Part shown: one piece after another, positions 35,940-47,260 of the stretch
Position numbering within the stretch: the first letter of the stretch is position 1
Layout: the number at the start of each line of letters is the position of its first letter
Source: the human T2T-CHM13v2.0 reference genome, Homo sapiens
Direction: 5' to 3' (one strand)
Length of the DNA stretch: 64,000 nucleotides
Assembly (NCBI RefSeq): GCF_009914755.1
Contig: NC_060931.1
The notes under the pieces: generated by a model
Seen by the model: only the letters and a program-made list of their open reading frames with translations
The model's database searches: none
What the model was told of the DNA's origin: nothing
Translations under genes and position numbers: made by a program

Positions 35940-38466
35940 CAGGCAAACCTGGCTTTATTGCACTTTGCTTTATGGGCTCTGCAGATATTATGTTTTCTAT
36001 AAACTGAGGGTTTGTGGCAACCCTGCATCGAGCCAGGCTAATGGCACCATTTCCGCAACAGCATGTGCTCACTTTGTGTCTCCACGTCACGTTTTGGTAA
36101 TTCTCACAATATTTCAAATGTTTTCATTATAGTATCTGTTACGGTGCTCTGTGGTCAGTGATTCTTGATGTTCTTGTTGTAATTGTTTTGGGTTGCCATG
36201 ACTGCACCCATGTGAAGACAGCAAACTTAATCGATAAATGTTCTGTGTGTTCTGACTTCTCCGCCAACTGGCCACTCCTTGTCCCTCTCCATCTCCTTAG
36301 GCCTTGCTAGTCCGTGAGATACAACAATATTGAAATTAGGCCAGTTAATAACTCTACAGTTGCCTGTAAGTGTTCAAGTGAAAGGAAGAGTCTCACATGT
36401 CTCACTTTCATTTCTTTTTAATTTTAAGAGATGGAGGTCGTGCTCTGTCACTGAGACTAAAATGCAGTGGCACGATTGTAGCTCACTGCAGCCTTGAACT
36501 CCTGGGCTCAAGAGACCCTTCTGCTTCGGCATCCTAAAGTGCTGGGATTACAGGCATGAGCCACTGTGCCCAGCTACATCTCTCATTTTTAATCAAAATC
36601 TAGAAATGATTAAGCTTAGTGAGGCCGCCAGTTCAAAAGCCAAGCTAGTCCAAAAGCTGGACCTTTTCTGAATGATAAAAAAGTGACACGGACTTATTGC
36701 TGATATGAAAAAAAGTTTGAGTGATCTGGATAGAAGATCAAACCAGCCACAACATTCCCTGAAGCCACAGCCACAGAGAAGGCCCTAACCCTCTTCAATT
36801 CTATGAAGGCTGAGAAAGGTGAGGAAGCTGCAGAAGAAAAGCTTGAAGCTGGCAGAGGTTGCTTCGTGAGCCGTAGGGAAAGAAGCCGTCTCCATAACAT
36901 GAAAGTGCCAGGTGAAGAAGCCAGTTCTCCAGAAGATCCAGCTGAGATCAGGGATGAAGATGTCTACACTTAACAACAGGTTTTCAGTGTAGATGAAACA
37001 GACTTCTGTTGGAAGAAGATGCCACTTAGGACTTTCAAAGCTGGAGAGGAGAAGTCAGTGCCTGGCTTCAAAGCCTCAAAGGACAGGCTGACTCTCTTGT
37101 GAGGGGTTAATGCAATTTAAGTGACTTTAAGTTGTATCCAATGCTATTTAGCATTCCAAAAATCCTAGGGACCTTAAAAATTATGCTAAATCTATTCTGC
37201 CTATGCCCTATAAATGGACCCACAAAGCCTGGATGACAGCACATCTGTTTACATCCTAGTTTACTGGATATTTTAAGTTCTTGATTGAGACCTAGTATTC
37301 AGAGAAAAAGATTCCTTCCAAAATATGACTGCTCATTGACAATGCACCTGGTCATCCAAGAGCTCTGACATTGATGTACAAGGAAGTTCATGTTTTCATG
37401 CCTGCTAACACCACATCTATTCTGCAGCCCATGGATCAAGGAGTAATTCTGACTTTCAAGTCTTATATTTTGGAAATACATTTCGTAAGGTTATAGCTGC
37501 CATAGACAGTGATTCCTCTGATGGGTCTAGGCAAACTCAACTGAAAACCCTCTAGAAAGTATTCACCATCCTAGGTGTCATGAAGAACATTTGAAATTTA
37601 CTAGAGGAGGTAAAAATCTCAACATTCACAGGAGTTTGGACAATGTGGATTCCAACTCTCGTGGATGACTTTGAGGGTTCAGGACTTCAGCAGAAAAAGT
37701 TACTACAGATGTGGTGGAAATAGCAAGAGAAATAGAACTAGAGGTGGAGCCTGAAGATGGGACTGAGTTGCTACAATCTCAGAATAACACTTGAACGGAT
37801 GAGGAGTGGCTTCTTAAGGATGGGCAAAGAAAGTAGTTTCTTGAGATCAGGTCTACTCCTGGCAAAGATGCTGTGAACACTGTTGAAACATCAGCAAGGA
37901 TTTAGAATATTACAAAATCTTAGTTGATAAAGCAGTGGAAGGGTTTGAGAGGATTGACTCCAATTTTGAAAGAAGTTCTACTGTGGGTAAAATGCTATCA
38001 GACAGCATCATGTGTTGCAGAGAAATCTTTCATGGAAGGAAGAGTCCACTGATGTGGCAAACATCATTGTCTTATTTTAAGAAATTGCCACAGGCACCCC
38101 AACCTTCAGCAACCACCACCAGCAGTCAGCAGCCATCAACATTGAGGCAAGACCCTTGTCCAGCAAAAAGATGATGACTCACTGAAAGCTCAGATGCTTA
38201 AGGTATGAACACTGGTTTTTTTAGACACAATGCTGTTGACCACTTAATGGACTACAATACAGTTAAAACATAACTTTTTTATATGCACTGGGAAACCAGA
38301 AAGTTTGTATGACTCATTTTATTGTGATGTTTGCTTTATTGTGGTGCAGTAGAGCGGGCAGAAGTTTAAGTTATAAATATACAGGCAGACCTCAGAGATG
38401 ATATTGCAGGTTTATCTCTGATAGTGCAGGTTCAGTTCAACCTGCAGTATCTCTGAGGTCTGCCTG
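35940..38466 (+). mobile_element. Tigger1 DNA transposon, near full length, transposase decayed
   Basis: TA|CAGGCAAACCT 5' end and GAGGTCTGCCTG|TA 3' end. Internal transposase remnant ([22 protein letters not shown] at about 36851-36916; GGACAGGCTGACTCTCTTG; CAGCCCATGGATCAAGGAGTAAT) with stops and frameshifts. Confidence 0.96.
36409..36575 (-). mobile_element. AluJ-type monomer inserted in Tigger1
   Basis: Alu sequence flanked by imperfect TSD ACATGTCTCACTTT (36395-36408) and ACATCTCTCATTTT (36576-36589). Confidence 0.9.
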
Positions 38467-38884
38467 TATGTTTACAACATAAACTTCTCTCGCTAAAGAG
38501 CGGATGCAAAGTGTTAGCTACTACGATGAAGAGAACAGTTTGCATTTGGCTCCATAATGGGCTTTTCTTCTTGGAAATTTGCCCGACTTTCTCTTGTGTG
38601 TTTCACATGGGATTGGGTGGCCCTCAAAGTCTCAGCTTTGAGCTCTTTGGCCCTTTAGAGATGAGGTTTGCTGACCTCACTCCAGGGAGGAAGGAACCTT
38701 CACCACAGCTGGTCAGGCAGGGGCAGGTGCTTCCAAGGTGGCTTTGTTCATTTAGTTAATATTCCCTGAACAGCTACTCTGTCCATGTCCTCTGTATTGT
38801 GGGTGTCAGTCTGTTAGTTTCCGCAACTCAGTGAATAAATTAACTTTGTCTATGAACAGAATGGCTGTCCCTATGCCAAGGCCG

Positions 38885-39300
38885 TGTGGATTAATAGGAG
38901 TCTCACTTCCAAGTGGTAGAAACCCAACTGAAATTAGTTTAAACACAAGAGGAAGTTTATTGGTTCAAGTAGGTGGGAAGTTTGGGGGCCGGTGTTTTTG
39001 GTATTGCTGAATCCAGAGGTGCAGACCCGAAGACTGTCCTTCTCCAGGCCTCCCAGAAGTATTCGGCTTCATTCTGAGCTGTGGCTTCACCACCTTTCAG
39101 CAAAGATGGCCATAGCAGCTGCAGACTTCCACGGTGCTCAAAGCTTACAATTCCAGGGGCTCAGGGAGGCTCTGCCTTCCACATTTGAAACCCTGCAGAG
39201 AAGGACTTGTGTTGCCCAGACTGGGTCAACACCGATACATCCCTGAAGGAGGGGAAGCAAGGCCCTTGGGTGAGAGACTCCTTAGAGTCTCATGAGGCTG
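38885..39300 (-). mobile_element. Old MLT1 LTR fragment (MLT1K-like)
   Basis: CAAGTGGTAGAAACCCAACTGAAATTAGTTTAAAC...GTTTATTGGTTCA...GCAAAGATGGCCATAGCAGCT. Confidence 0.55.
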
Positions 39301-40148
39301 GGAAGAGGCCGTTCCTGAAGGAAAAGCTGTAAGGCGGATGAAACATAGTCACCTGCCCCACCATGGACTGGGACCCAGGTAGGGGGAGAGCTGAGGGCAG
39401 CAGAGCTCAGGACTGCCGGGCTGCTGGAGGCTGGAGAAGGCTGCTTCCCAGAGCCAGGCAGGCATGCTGAGCCTCAGAAAACACGCAGGGCAAAGTCAGT
39501 GCTGTGGGGCCAGGGATTTGTGGACACTGGACAGGGGGCCAGGGGACCAGCTGCAGGGAGCCTCAGGGATCCCGTGCTGCAACCAGGAGCCCTTGCTGTG
39601 CTTTCAGCTCCTCCTGGGGAAAATCACAGAGGGCGAAGCCTGATCTCCCAGGCAGAAACAGGTCAGCATTTGAAGTAGGAGACGAATTCGTGAACCTTCC
39701 TGGCGAGGGATTAGCGGGGAGAGATGAGGCCAGATATCGAGCGTTCAAAGTGGCTTTTAACCTTTGGGTTGTGATCTGTGGGTTAAAACATCCTGAGATT
39801 CAGATGACTCGTTTATGGGTCACCGTGCCCTGTTCTTCTCTTACCAACCCTTGACAGTTTCACACCGACGATTATTTCAGTATTTTGGTTCTTAAGAGAA
39901 TTTCAATCTGGGCAACTAAATTTTTTCAAAATGCCAGAAAATTCTCGGTGTCAAATATGATACCTGCTTTCCTTCTGAAAAGTGTTAGTGAAGTTTTTAC
40001 CTTCTGGTAGATTCAAGCATAGAAACTACCTCCTGTGTAGCACCAGTGACTATCATGATTCCAGGCACATAGTAGCCACTCAAGAAATGTTGAACTAAAT
40101 CAGACTTTTGCTGGAATGGCCATCACATTTTTGTCCAGAATGGCAAGG

Positions 40149-40463
40149 TTTTTCTTATTTTTTATTTATTTTATTTATTTATTTTTTTGAGACAGCATCT
40201 CCCTCTGTTACCCATGCTGTAGTGCAGTGGTGTGATCTTGGCTTACGGCAACCTCCACCTCCCAGGTTCAAGTGATTCTCTCTCCTCAGCCTCCTAAGTA
40301 GCTGGGATTACAGATGCGTGCCACTACAGCCCTGCTAATTTTTGTATTTTTAGTAGAGACAGGGTTTCACCATGTTGGCCAGGTTGGTCTCAAACTCAGG
40401 TGATTGGCCTGCCTTGGCCTCCCAAAGTGCTGGGATTACCGGCATGAGCCACCATGCCCAGCC
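40149..40463 (-). mobile_element. Alu SINE, full-length, AluSx/Sz-like
   Basis: (TTTA)n tail, both arms present, small deletion at CTCAAACTCAGGTGAT. TSD AGAATGGCAAG (40137-40147) and AGAACGGCAAG (40465-40475). Confidence 0.95.
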
Positions 40464-41558
40464 TAGAACGGCAAGAACTTTAATCATATTTGAGGTTGGT
40501 AGACAGAATCACTCTCAAGGGATCCTTGGCAAAGCTTTTGCCCAATTGTGATGATTTTAGACATGGTGCCCAAGGTCTGGGGTTTTAGAACTCCTGGTTC
40601 CTTTCTTAGTGAGCCTGTGACATGATTTTGAATGCCATGGTCCACAAGGTGCTGCTGAGATGCTTGTGCACTGTGGTCTGTCCTAGGAACAATGTGATGC
40701 TGGTAAAACTTGCTTCTGGCCTATTTCCACCTTCCCAATCTATGCTCCACTTCTCCTTTCTGGTACCCAACCCCACTTCTGACTCTTGCTCCTCAACTCC
40801 AGGGATCTTGTCTCTGTCTCATTTCTGCTATTGCTCGCAAAGATGTCAACAAATGATGAAGATGAGTTAGAAGGTGGAGCCCTGTGTTCCAGCCTTTTCC
40901 CTGGTGTCCAGCCTCTGGAAATTCAGCCCCAGCCCTCCCTGCAGAAGTCTTAACCCCAGGCTTCCCACCGGAGGCCTAGCAAAGAATTCTCATGCTGTGG
41001 TCATTTGTATACTCTCTCTTCCCATGTTTTTTCAGAAAAGACTTGAGGCTAAAATTACTATAATAATCAAGAGAAGAAGAGATAAAAGGAAAGCAAGAAT
41101 GGAGACAAAGGGACGAAACCTGATGGGAGATTTTCTCATAAACCATACAACGGGGTCCTGCCAGCTCACAAGGGGTGGACCACCAATTTCGCTCTGAGGT
41201 TTTCATGCTTCCCTGTAAGAGGGAAATACTATCAAGCACTAGCTGAAAATGTTTATAATAAAAAAATAGAGTTTCTCAAGAGTGGCCCAGCTGTTTCTGA
41301 GGCTGAGGGAGCTGGCTGTCTTCTACAGAGACCTGGTCTTCCTGGTCCAACCTCAGGGACCCCAGCACTGGGGGTCTCAGCAGGGAGCCAGGCTTGGCAG
41401 TGGGCTCGGGGTGTGGCTCGGGTGGAGAGGACCCTCTCGAGATGGTGCTAGATGGGAGAGGCTGTGTTTAAGCCCTTGGTGATTGTTGGGCAGTGGTGAC
41501 TTGAGGTGATGTCTCCTGAGGAGACCTGGGAGACTTCTGCTGAGAAATGGCCTTTAGA

Positions 41559-42197
41559 CCATGATCCTCATTGCTCACAGATTCTGTATTGTGAGTTTGT
41601 CTGCTTGTGAAAGTATGTTTGCACCCTCAAAATCAGTACTTGCAGAACATTGGTGGTCATTTTTGGACACATTCTGAATGGTGGAAAGTGCGAGCCCCCA
41701 TCGCACAGGCTCCTGGGGAGGTGGAACTGGGTGCACTGCCTTCTTGCCCCAGCTAGGGCAGCAGCGTGGCCTCCCCTCCATGTGCTCCATTTAGTTTCAG
41801 ACGTTTTGCAATTTTGTTCTTTATTGGTCATTTCGATGTTTGAAATGGCCCCAAGCACAGTGCAGTGGTGGCATCTGTGTTCCTGAGCACAGGAAGACTG
41901 TGATGCACCTTACGGAGAAAATATGTGTGTCAGAGAAGCTTTGTTCAGGCTGAGTGACGGCGCTGCTGGCCTTGAGTTCAGTGTTGATAAGCTGACAATA
42001 TACATTAAATACAGTGTCTTTAAACAGAAACCCTCATCAGACAAGGTCATGTATTTATTGATAGATGAAACTGAAGTGACCAGAAGCTCACAGGAACCTA
42101 ACCCTGAGTTTCCCCTAGGAACCACCATTCAGTGCCCGCTAATTCTGTGTTCATGGAGACTTTACAGAACATGACTGCTATGCACAGGCGCTGACAG
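41559..42197 (+). mobile_element. MER82 (TcMar-Tigger) copy 1
   Basis: GATCCTCATT...AAATGGCCCCAAGCACAGTGC...CCTTACGGAGAAAATATGTGTG...CAGGAACCTAACCCTG matches the recalled MER82 consensus and is collinear with 53669-54283. Confidence 0.85.
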
Positions 42198-43129
42198 CAT
42201 CTTAGCTACCCCTGAGTCTGGGTGGGGTGGGCAGCTGTCCTGCAGTTGGGTGCCTGGTGCTGCCCCGGGGCCACCTCTCCTTCCAGGCCCAGCTGAGTTG
42301 GTGGCCTTTCGAACAAGCACCTCTTTATTTTGGGCAATTTCTAGATGAAAATGGCATTTGTTTGCAAGTGGATCATGGGGCCTTTGCTCAATGTGACATT
42401 ATTGGCCAATGGTGGCGATGCTGACTTCTGTCCCAGATGCAGTCACCTTCATGGGGGCGGACTCCCTGCTTGTCTAGGCAATCTCAAATGGCAATTTTTG
42501 ACCTTCCAGCTGGACAACAAAAGGATTTTGATTTTCCAGAGACTTACTGCTCACCCCATGCTTGCCTTGGCTTGGTCACATTGCTTTGTGACCTTCAGGC
42601 TGGGGACTGTTTGGAAGGTCTGGGCACGAAAGCCTACTTTTATCCAGGACAATGAAAACCCCAAGCGCCAGCTTTTCTCAATACCCGGCTTTGCTATATG
42701 TCTCGTTCAAAACCTGTAGGAGTCTGAAATACAATGTATGGTAACAAGTGGGCCTTTAAACCGCTATTGAAAACGCCTGTGTTGTGATGAGATAGCACAT
42801 AAAGCAGTGAATGGCCCCAGCCCACAGCTAACGGCAGCAGCTTGGGCCTCTGGCCAGGCTGGCTGTGTGACCCCGCCAGGCCCCGGCCCAGCTTTCTCAC
42901 TGACGTGTCAAGAAGGGAGAGGGTGAGGGTGTGGGGACTTGGGGAGGGTTGGTGGCTGGGCCTAATCCCACTCCTGTCCCCGGATGACAGTGCCCTAGCA
43001 GCTCACGGCAGAGTTTCTGGGAGCCCTGGAAGATGTCAGCGCTTGACCTTTGCTGGCTGCGGGGGCTCCTACTGCTGTTTGCGGAAGTCCCTAAGTCAGT
43101 GGCAGGAGGGTGAGTAAAATGTCACCCCT

Positions 43130-43230
43130 GTGCAATGCCACAGTGCTGAGGATAGTGCTGAGGGCAGTGCTGAGGACAGTGTTGAGGCTGGTGCAATGCC
43201 ACAGTGCTGAAGCTGGTAGAATGTCACAAG
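43130..43230. repeat. Short compound repeat: 12-bp unit x4 between GTGCAATGCCACAGTGCTGA copies
   Basis: CAGTGCTGAGGA-type units 43141-43188. GTGCAATGCCACAGTGCTGA at 43130 and 43191. Confidence 0.85.
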
Positions 43231-43422
43231 GTTGGGGAGAATGTGGCAGATTCCCCAAACACACGGACCAGAAGCATGGTGGCCGCAGACCATAGCACAG
43301 GTCCCTCCGAGGGACAGTGGGACTGCACCGGGTGATAACAAGGGCTCCATTCCCCTACAAAGAAGTAATCAAATGCTCTGCCTCCATGTCGGCAAAGCAA
43401 GCACTTCCCACCCATGTCCTCC

Positions 43423-43639
43423 GTGACCACCAGGAAGGTGATGGCTCCTAACAGGGCCTCCACTCACGGGTTACCGAGGTACCTCCACCTGTGTCGTCAG
43501 TGACCACAAGGAGGGTGATGGCTCCGAACAGGGCCTCCACTCACGGGTTACCGAGGTACCTCCACCTGTGTTGTCAGTGACCACAAGGAGGGTGATGGCT
43601 CCGAACAGGGCCTCCACTCATGGGTTACCGAGGCACCTG
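43423..43639. repeat. 77-bp minisatellite, about 2.8 copies
   Basis: GTGACCACMAGGARGGTGATGGCTCCKAACAGGGCCTCCACTCAYGGGTTACCGAGG... at 43423, 43500 and 43577. Confidence 0.96.
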
Positions 43640-44566
43640 CTGTCCTTTCCAGGGTTCTGGGACAAAACAGCACATGGACACTTGGATTTAAATTCCAGCA
43701 ACACCATGATTTCAGGGGCTGTTATTTCAGCTCCTGAGCCTGTGTTTCCTTGTCTGCAGAGTGGGGTGCACATGGCCAACCTCACAGAGCTGTGGGCTCC
43801 ATCAAGGTGGCTGTCGCTGTTTCCCTCTCAGTGCTCAGCGGCCCCCAGGCCACCCCTGCAAAATTGCTGCTTCCTCCCAAGAGGTTTGAGCTTGGATCAA
43901 ATTCAGAACTCCCTGGAAAGGGTGGCATCAAGAGGCCCCCTTTCCAGGCATTTGCATTGATTAAACTCTCGTGTGACCTGTCCATGACTCTAGGGAGAGG
44001 AGCAACGGGGGTGATGACCGTGACAAGCTAGAGACCCTCTTGGACAGATGGTCGTTATTCCACTTGCTCCAGGCACCACCCTGTGAGTCACGGCAGGTGT
44101 TGGCATCCCATTTTCCTGAGAAAGAAATGGAGAAAATGTGACTTTCCACACAGCTTGTTAGTGGCAGAGTGGAGGTGAGGCCCCGGCTGTCCTAAGTCTG
44201 AGCAGGGCTCCTGCTGTGAGCTCAGTTCTGAGCCCAGGTTCTAGGGTCGGAAGGGAGGACTGGGTGCCTTGGAAAGGCGGCGGGAGGCCTGGCCCACAGG
44301 GAGGCAGGAGTGGAGCAGCCACAAGGCTATGGTGACCAGTAGTGACTGGGGAGGGCTGGCCGAGGATGCACACCTAGGCCCGACCAGCACTAAACTTGAG
44401 CCCTCTGCAGAGTGGACGGGGCTGAGGCTGGTGTTGGGTGGCAAGAAGGGGTGAGTAGGTTACTGGTTGTTAGCCTGGCAGCTAGGACGGTCAGAAGCCT
44501 CTTGTTTCAGATAGAGTGATGGGGAAGTGGACTTTGGCTGGTCTTTTTGATGGTTGCTGGATCTGC

Positions 44567-44950
44567 TTATTCATTCGTGGGGTATTAATGAGCACCTTCC
44601 ATGTTCCAGGCACGGTTCCAGGTAGGGGGATCAGGACACAGGTAAAGGAGGCAAAAAGTCTTTCCCTCAAGGAGCTTATGTGTGGTGAAGGGAGAGAAAC
44701 AGTAAACAGACATCAATAAAAACATGTCATGTTGAAGGTGATGCTACTGTGGAAATAAAAAGCAGGTTGGGGACTAGGGATGCTGGAGTGGAGTGAAAGC
44801 TGCCATTTAAACCATCCGCATTGGTCGGAAACCTGAGCACAAAGACAGACAGCAAGGAAAGCCTGAGTGTGCCCAAAGGGTGGAACAGGGAATGTAGCTC
44901 TGAAGAGAACACAGTGGTTCTGAGTGCAGGAGCCCCAGGCCAGCCGTCTC
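44567..44950 (-). mobile_element. L2 3' fragment
   Basis: TTATTCATTC..TATTAATGAGCACCTTCCATGTTCCAGGCAC...CCCTCAAGGAGCTTA...GAGAAACAGTAAACA. Confidence 0.75.
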
Positions 44951-46286
44951 TCAGCCAGGCTGCCCAATCCTGGAGGGAGCTGGCTTTGCACAGGGATGAG
45001 CCTTGTGTAGACCACTGGGTGCACGCTGCATCGGAGGGCACACAACGTCCAGCACTGCCTTGACATCTTGGAGCCTCCAGGTCCCCTAACTCTAAACTTT
45101 GAGTACCCTGCTCTCCCCAGACATGACCCTACCATCCCCTCCCTGCTACCAAGTGGGAAAGGCTCCTGCCCCTCGGCTGCACGGGTTACATCCCACCAGG
45201 CCCACAGCTTGGTTCTACCTTCCTGTCCACTCCCGGAACCACTCACTGAAGCCATTCACCATCTCCTGCAGGAACCAGCCTCCCGCCCCTCCGCCTTCAC
45301 TATGTCACTACCAAGCCTACCTCCCACAGCCATGTGCACTCTGCTCCCCAGCAGAGCCTCGTGTGGCCTCCCGGCTGCCCGTCTATGTGGCTGAGAAACT
45401 GATTGCATCTGTCCAGTGCCAGGTGTCATGGGTTTGACCGTCCTCAGAAACCCAGGGTTCTCTCTTACCAGCAACGTAAAGAGGGAAACAGAACCCCAGC
45501 CATGATGTGTGCCGAGGCCTGCAGGGACACCAGGGGAGGGATGGGGAACACCACAGGATGCCACAGAGGGATGGGCAGGACCCCACGTCCCATGGAGGCT
45601 GAGAAGGGACAGAGCGGAATGGGGTTCCAGTGTCTCCCCCATCGCCAGCACTGGGCCTCCCAGAGCCCGTCAGTCATGGGACATTTAGAGACAGGCAGTG
45701 GGTACCATGTGGCAGACTTGGCTGGTGGCTCATGAACACAGCTGCTCCCTGCTTCCTCTGCTGCTTTGCTGTCACAGCAGCGTCTGTAGCTCCCCTTGCA
45801 GCTGGGCACATCTCCACCGCCACGTCCTGGCCCATGGGGTGTGGTGTGTGTCTGTTCTGGGTTGTGTTCTTACAAGGAATGGCTGTGCACTTTCCTTGCT
45901 TTTACCTGCCACCACCGGGTTTTTGGCTGAATTAGCCACCTTTGGCCCAGAACGGAAGGTCTATGTTGAGGTTGGCACAGCTATCCTTAGGGTCCCCAGT
46001 CACCTACGTCTGAACCGTTACACAAGAAAAAACAAAGTCCAATCTTGTTTAATCCATGGTATTTGGGATAATTTTGCTATAGAAGCTTGGACAGTACTCC
46101 AATCAATAAAGATAGGGAGACATTATTTACATACATTAATGAAAACAACACGAATGCTACTAATACCAGAAGTGTTATCCACCCTTTTTTGGACTTATTG
46201 TGTTTTACGTACTATCCTAAGAGCATTATGATTCAGAGATATAATTGAGTCCTCACAGCAATCTTGCAAGTCTGTTATTATTACCT

Positions 46287-46661
46287 TGTATTAGTCTGTT
46301 CTTGCACTGCTCTAAAGAAATACTGGGGACTGGGTAATTTATAAAGGAAAGAGATTTAATTGACTCACAGTTCCTCATGGCTGGGGAGGCCTCAGGGAAC
46401 TTACAATCATGGTGGAAGGGGAAGCAAACATGTCCTTCTTCACAAGGTGGCAGGAGAGTGTGAGCGTGTGAAGGAGGAACTTTCAAACACTTATAAAACC
46501 ATCTTGATCTTGTGAGACTCACTCACTGTCACAAGAACAGCATGGGAGAAACCGCCCCCGTGATCCAATCACCTCCCACCAGGACCCTCCATCCAAGGTG
46601 GGGATTATGGGGATTAAAATTCAAGATGAGTTTCGGGTGGGGACACAGCCAAACCATATCA
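46287..46661 (-). mobile_element. THE1D-like solo LTR, inserted in a MIR (about 46190-46700)
   Basis: TGTATTAGTCTGTTC...GACTGGGTAATTTATAAAGGAAAGAG...GGGTGGGGACACAGCCAAACCATATCA. MIR-like sequence continues on both sides. Confidence 0.93.
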
Positions 46662-46765
46662 TCCCCCTATTTGACAAAGAAGCTAAGTGCAGTAGGGAAG
46701 GTGACACTGAGACCCAGCAGGTCCACCTGCACCAAGTCCACTTATCATTAGACATGATCTGTGGG

Positions 46766-47260
46766 TGCATTGGTGTCTTATTGCCGCTATAATAAATTCC
46801 CACAAATTTAGTGTCCTAAAACAATGCAACTATGTGATCTCACCATTCCATAATTATAAATCCTGCATACACTAAAATGTGGGCATTGCAAAGGCCACAC
46901 TCCTCCAGGAGCCCCTGGGAGATGATCTGTTTCGTGGCCTTCTTGCCCTCACTCCTTGAGACCGCCTACATTCTGCACCTCATAGCTCTTCCTCCTCTTC
47001 AAAGACAGCAGCCTGGCCTCTTGCAATACCTTTCTGACACCGACTCACTCTTCTGCATCCCCCTCTGGCTTATAATGCCACCCCTGTGACATTGGACGTT
47101 GGGTCCACCCAGATAAACTAGAACAATCTCCCATCTCAAGATTGTCTGATTACAGTCCTAATTCTACCTGAAACCTTGGTCTCCTTTGTCCTGTCACCCC
47201 GAATATTCACAGATTTCAGGATGCAGACATCACTGGAGGGCCTCTTATTCTGCCATCACT
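46766..47260 (-). mobile_element. MLT1D-like solo LTR
   Basis: TTGCCGCTATAATAAATTCCCACAAATTTAGTG..TAAAACAA...GGGTCCACCCAGATAA...ATCTCAAG...ATATTCACAGATTTCAGG...TTATTCTGCC. Confidence 0.8.

Noticed and set aside
36600-38174. Functional or domesticated Tigger transposase (TIGD1-like gene)
   Set aside because: Multiple stops, frameshifts and an internal deletion near 36670. The longest remaining pieces are short.
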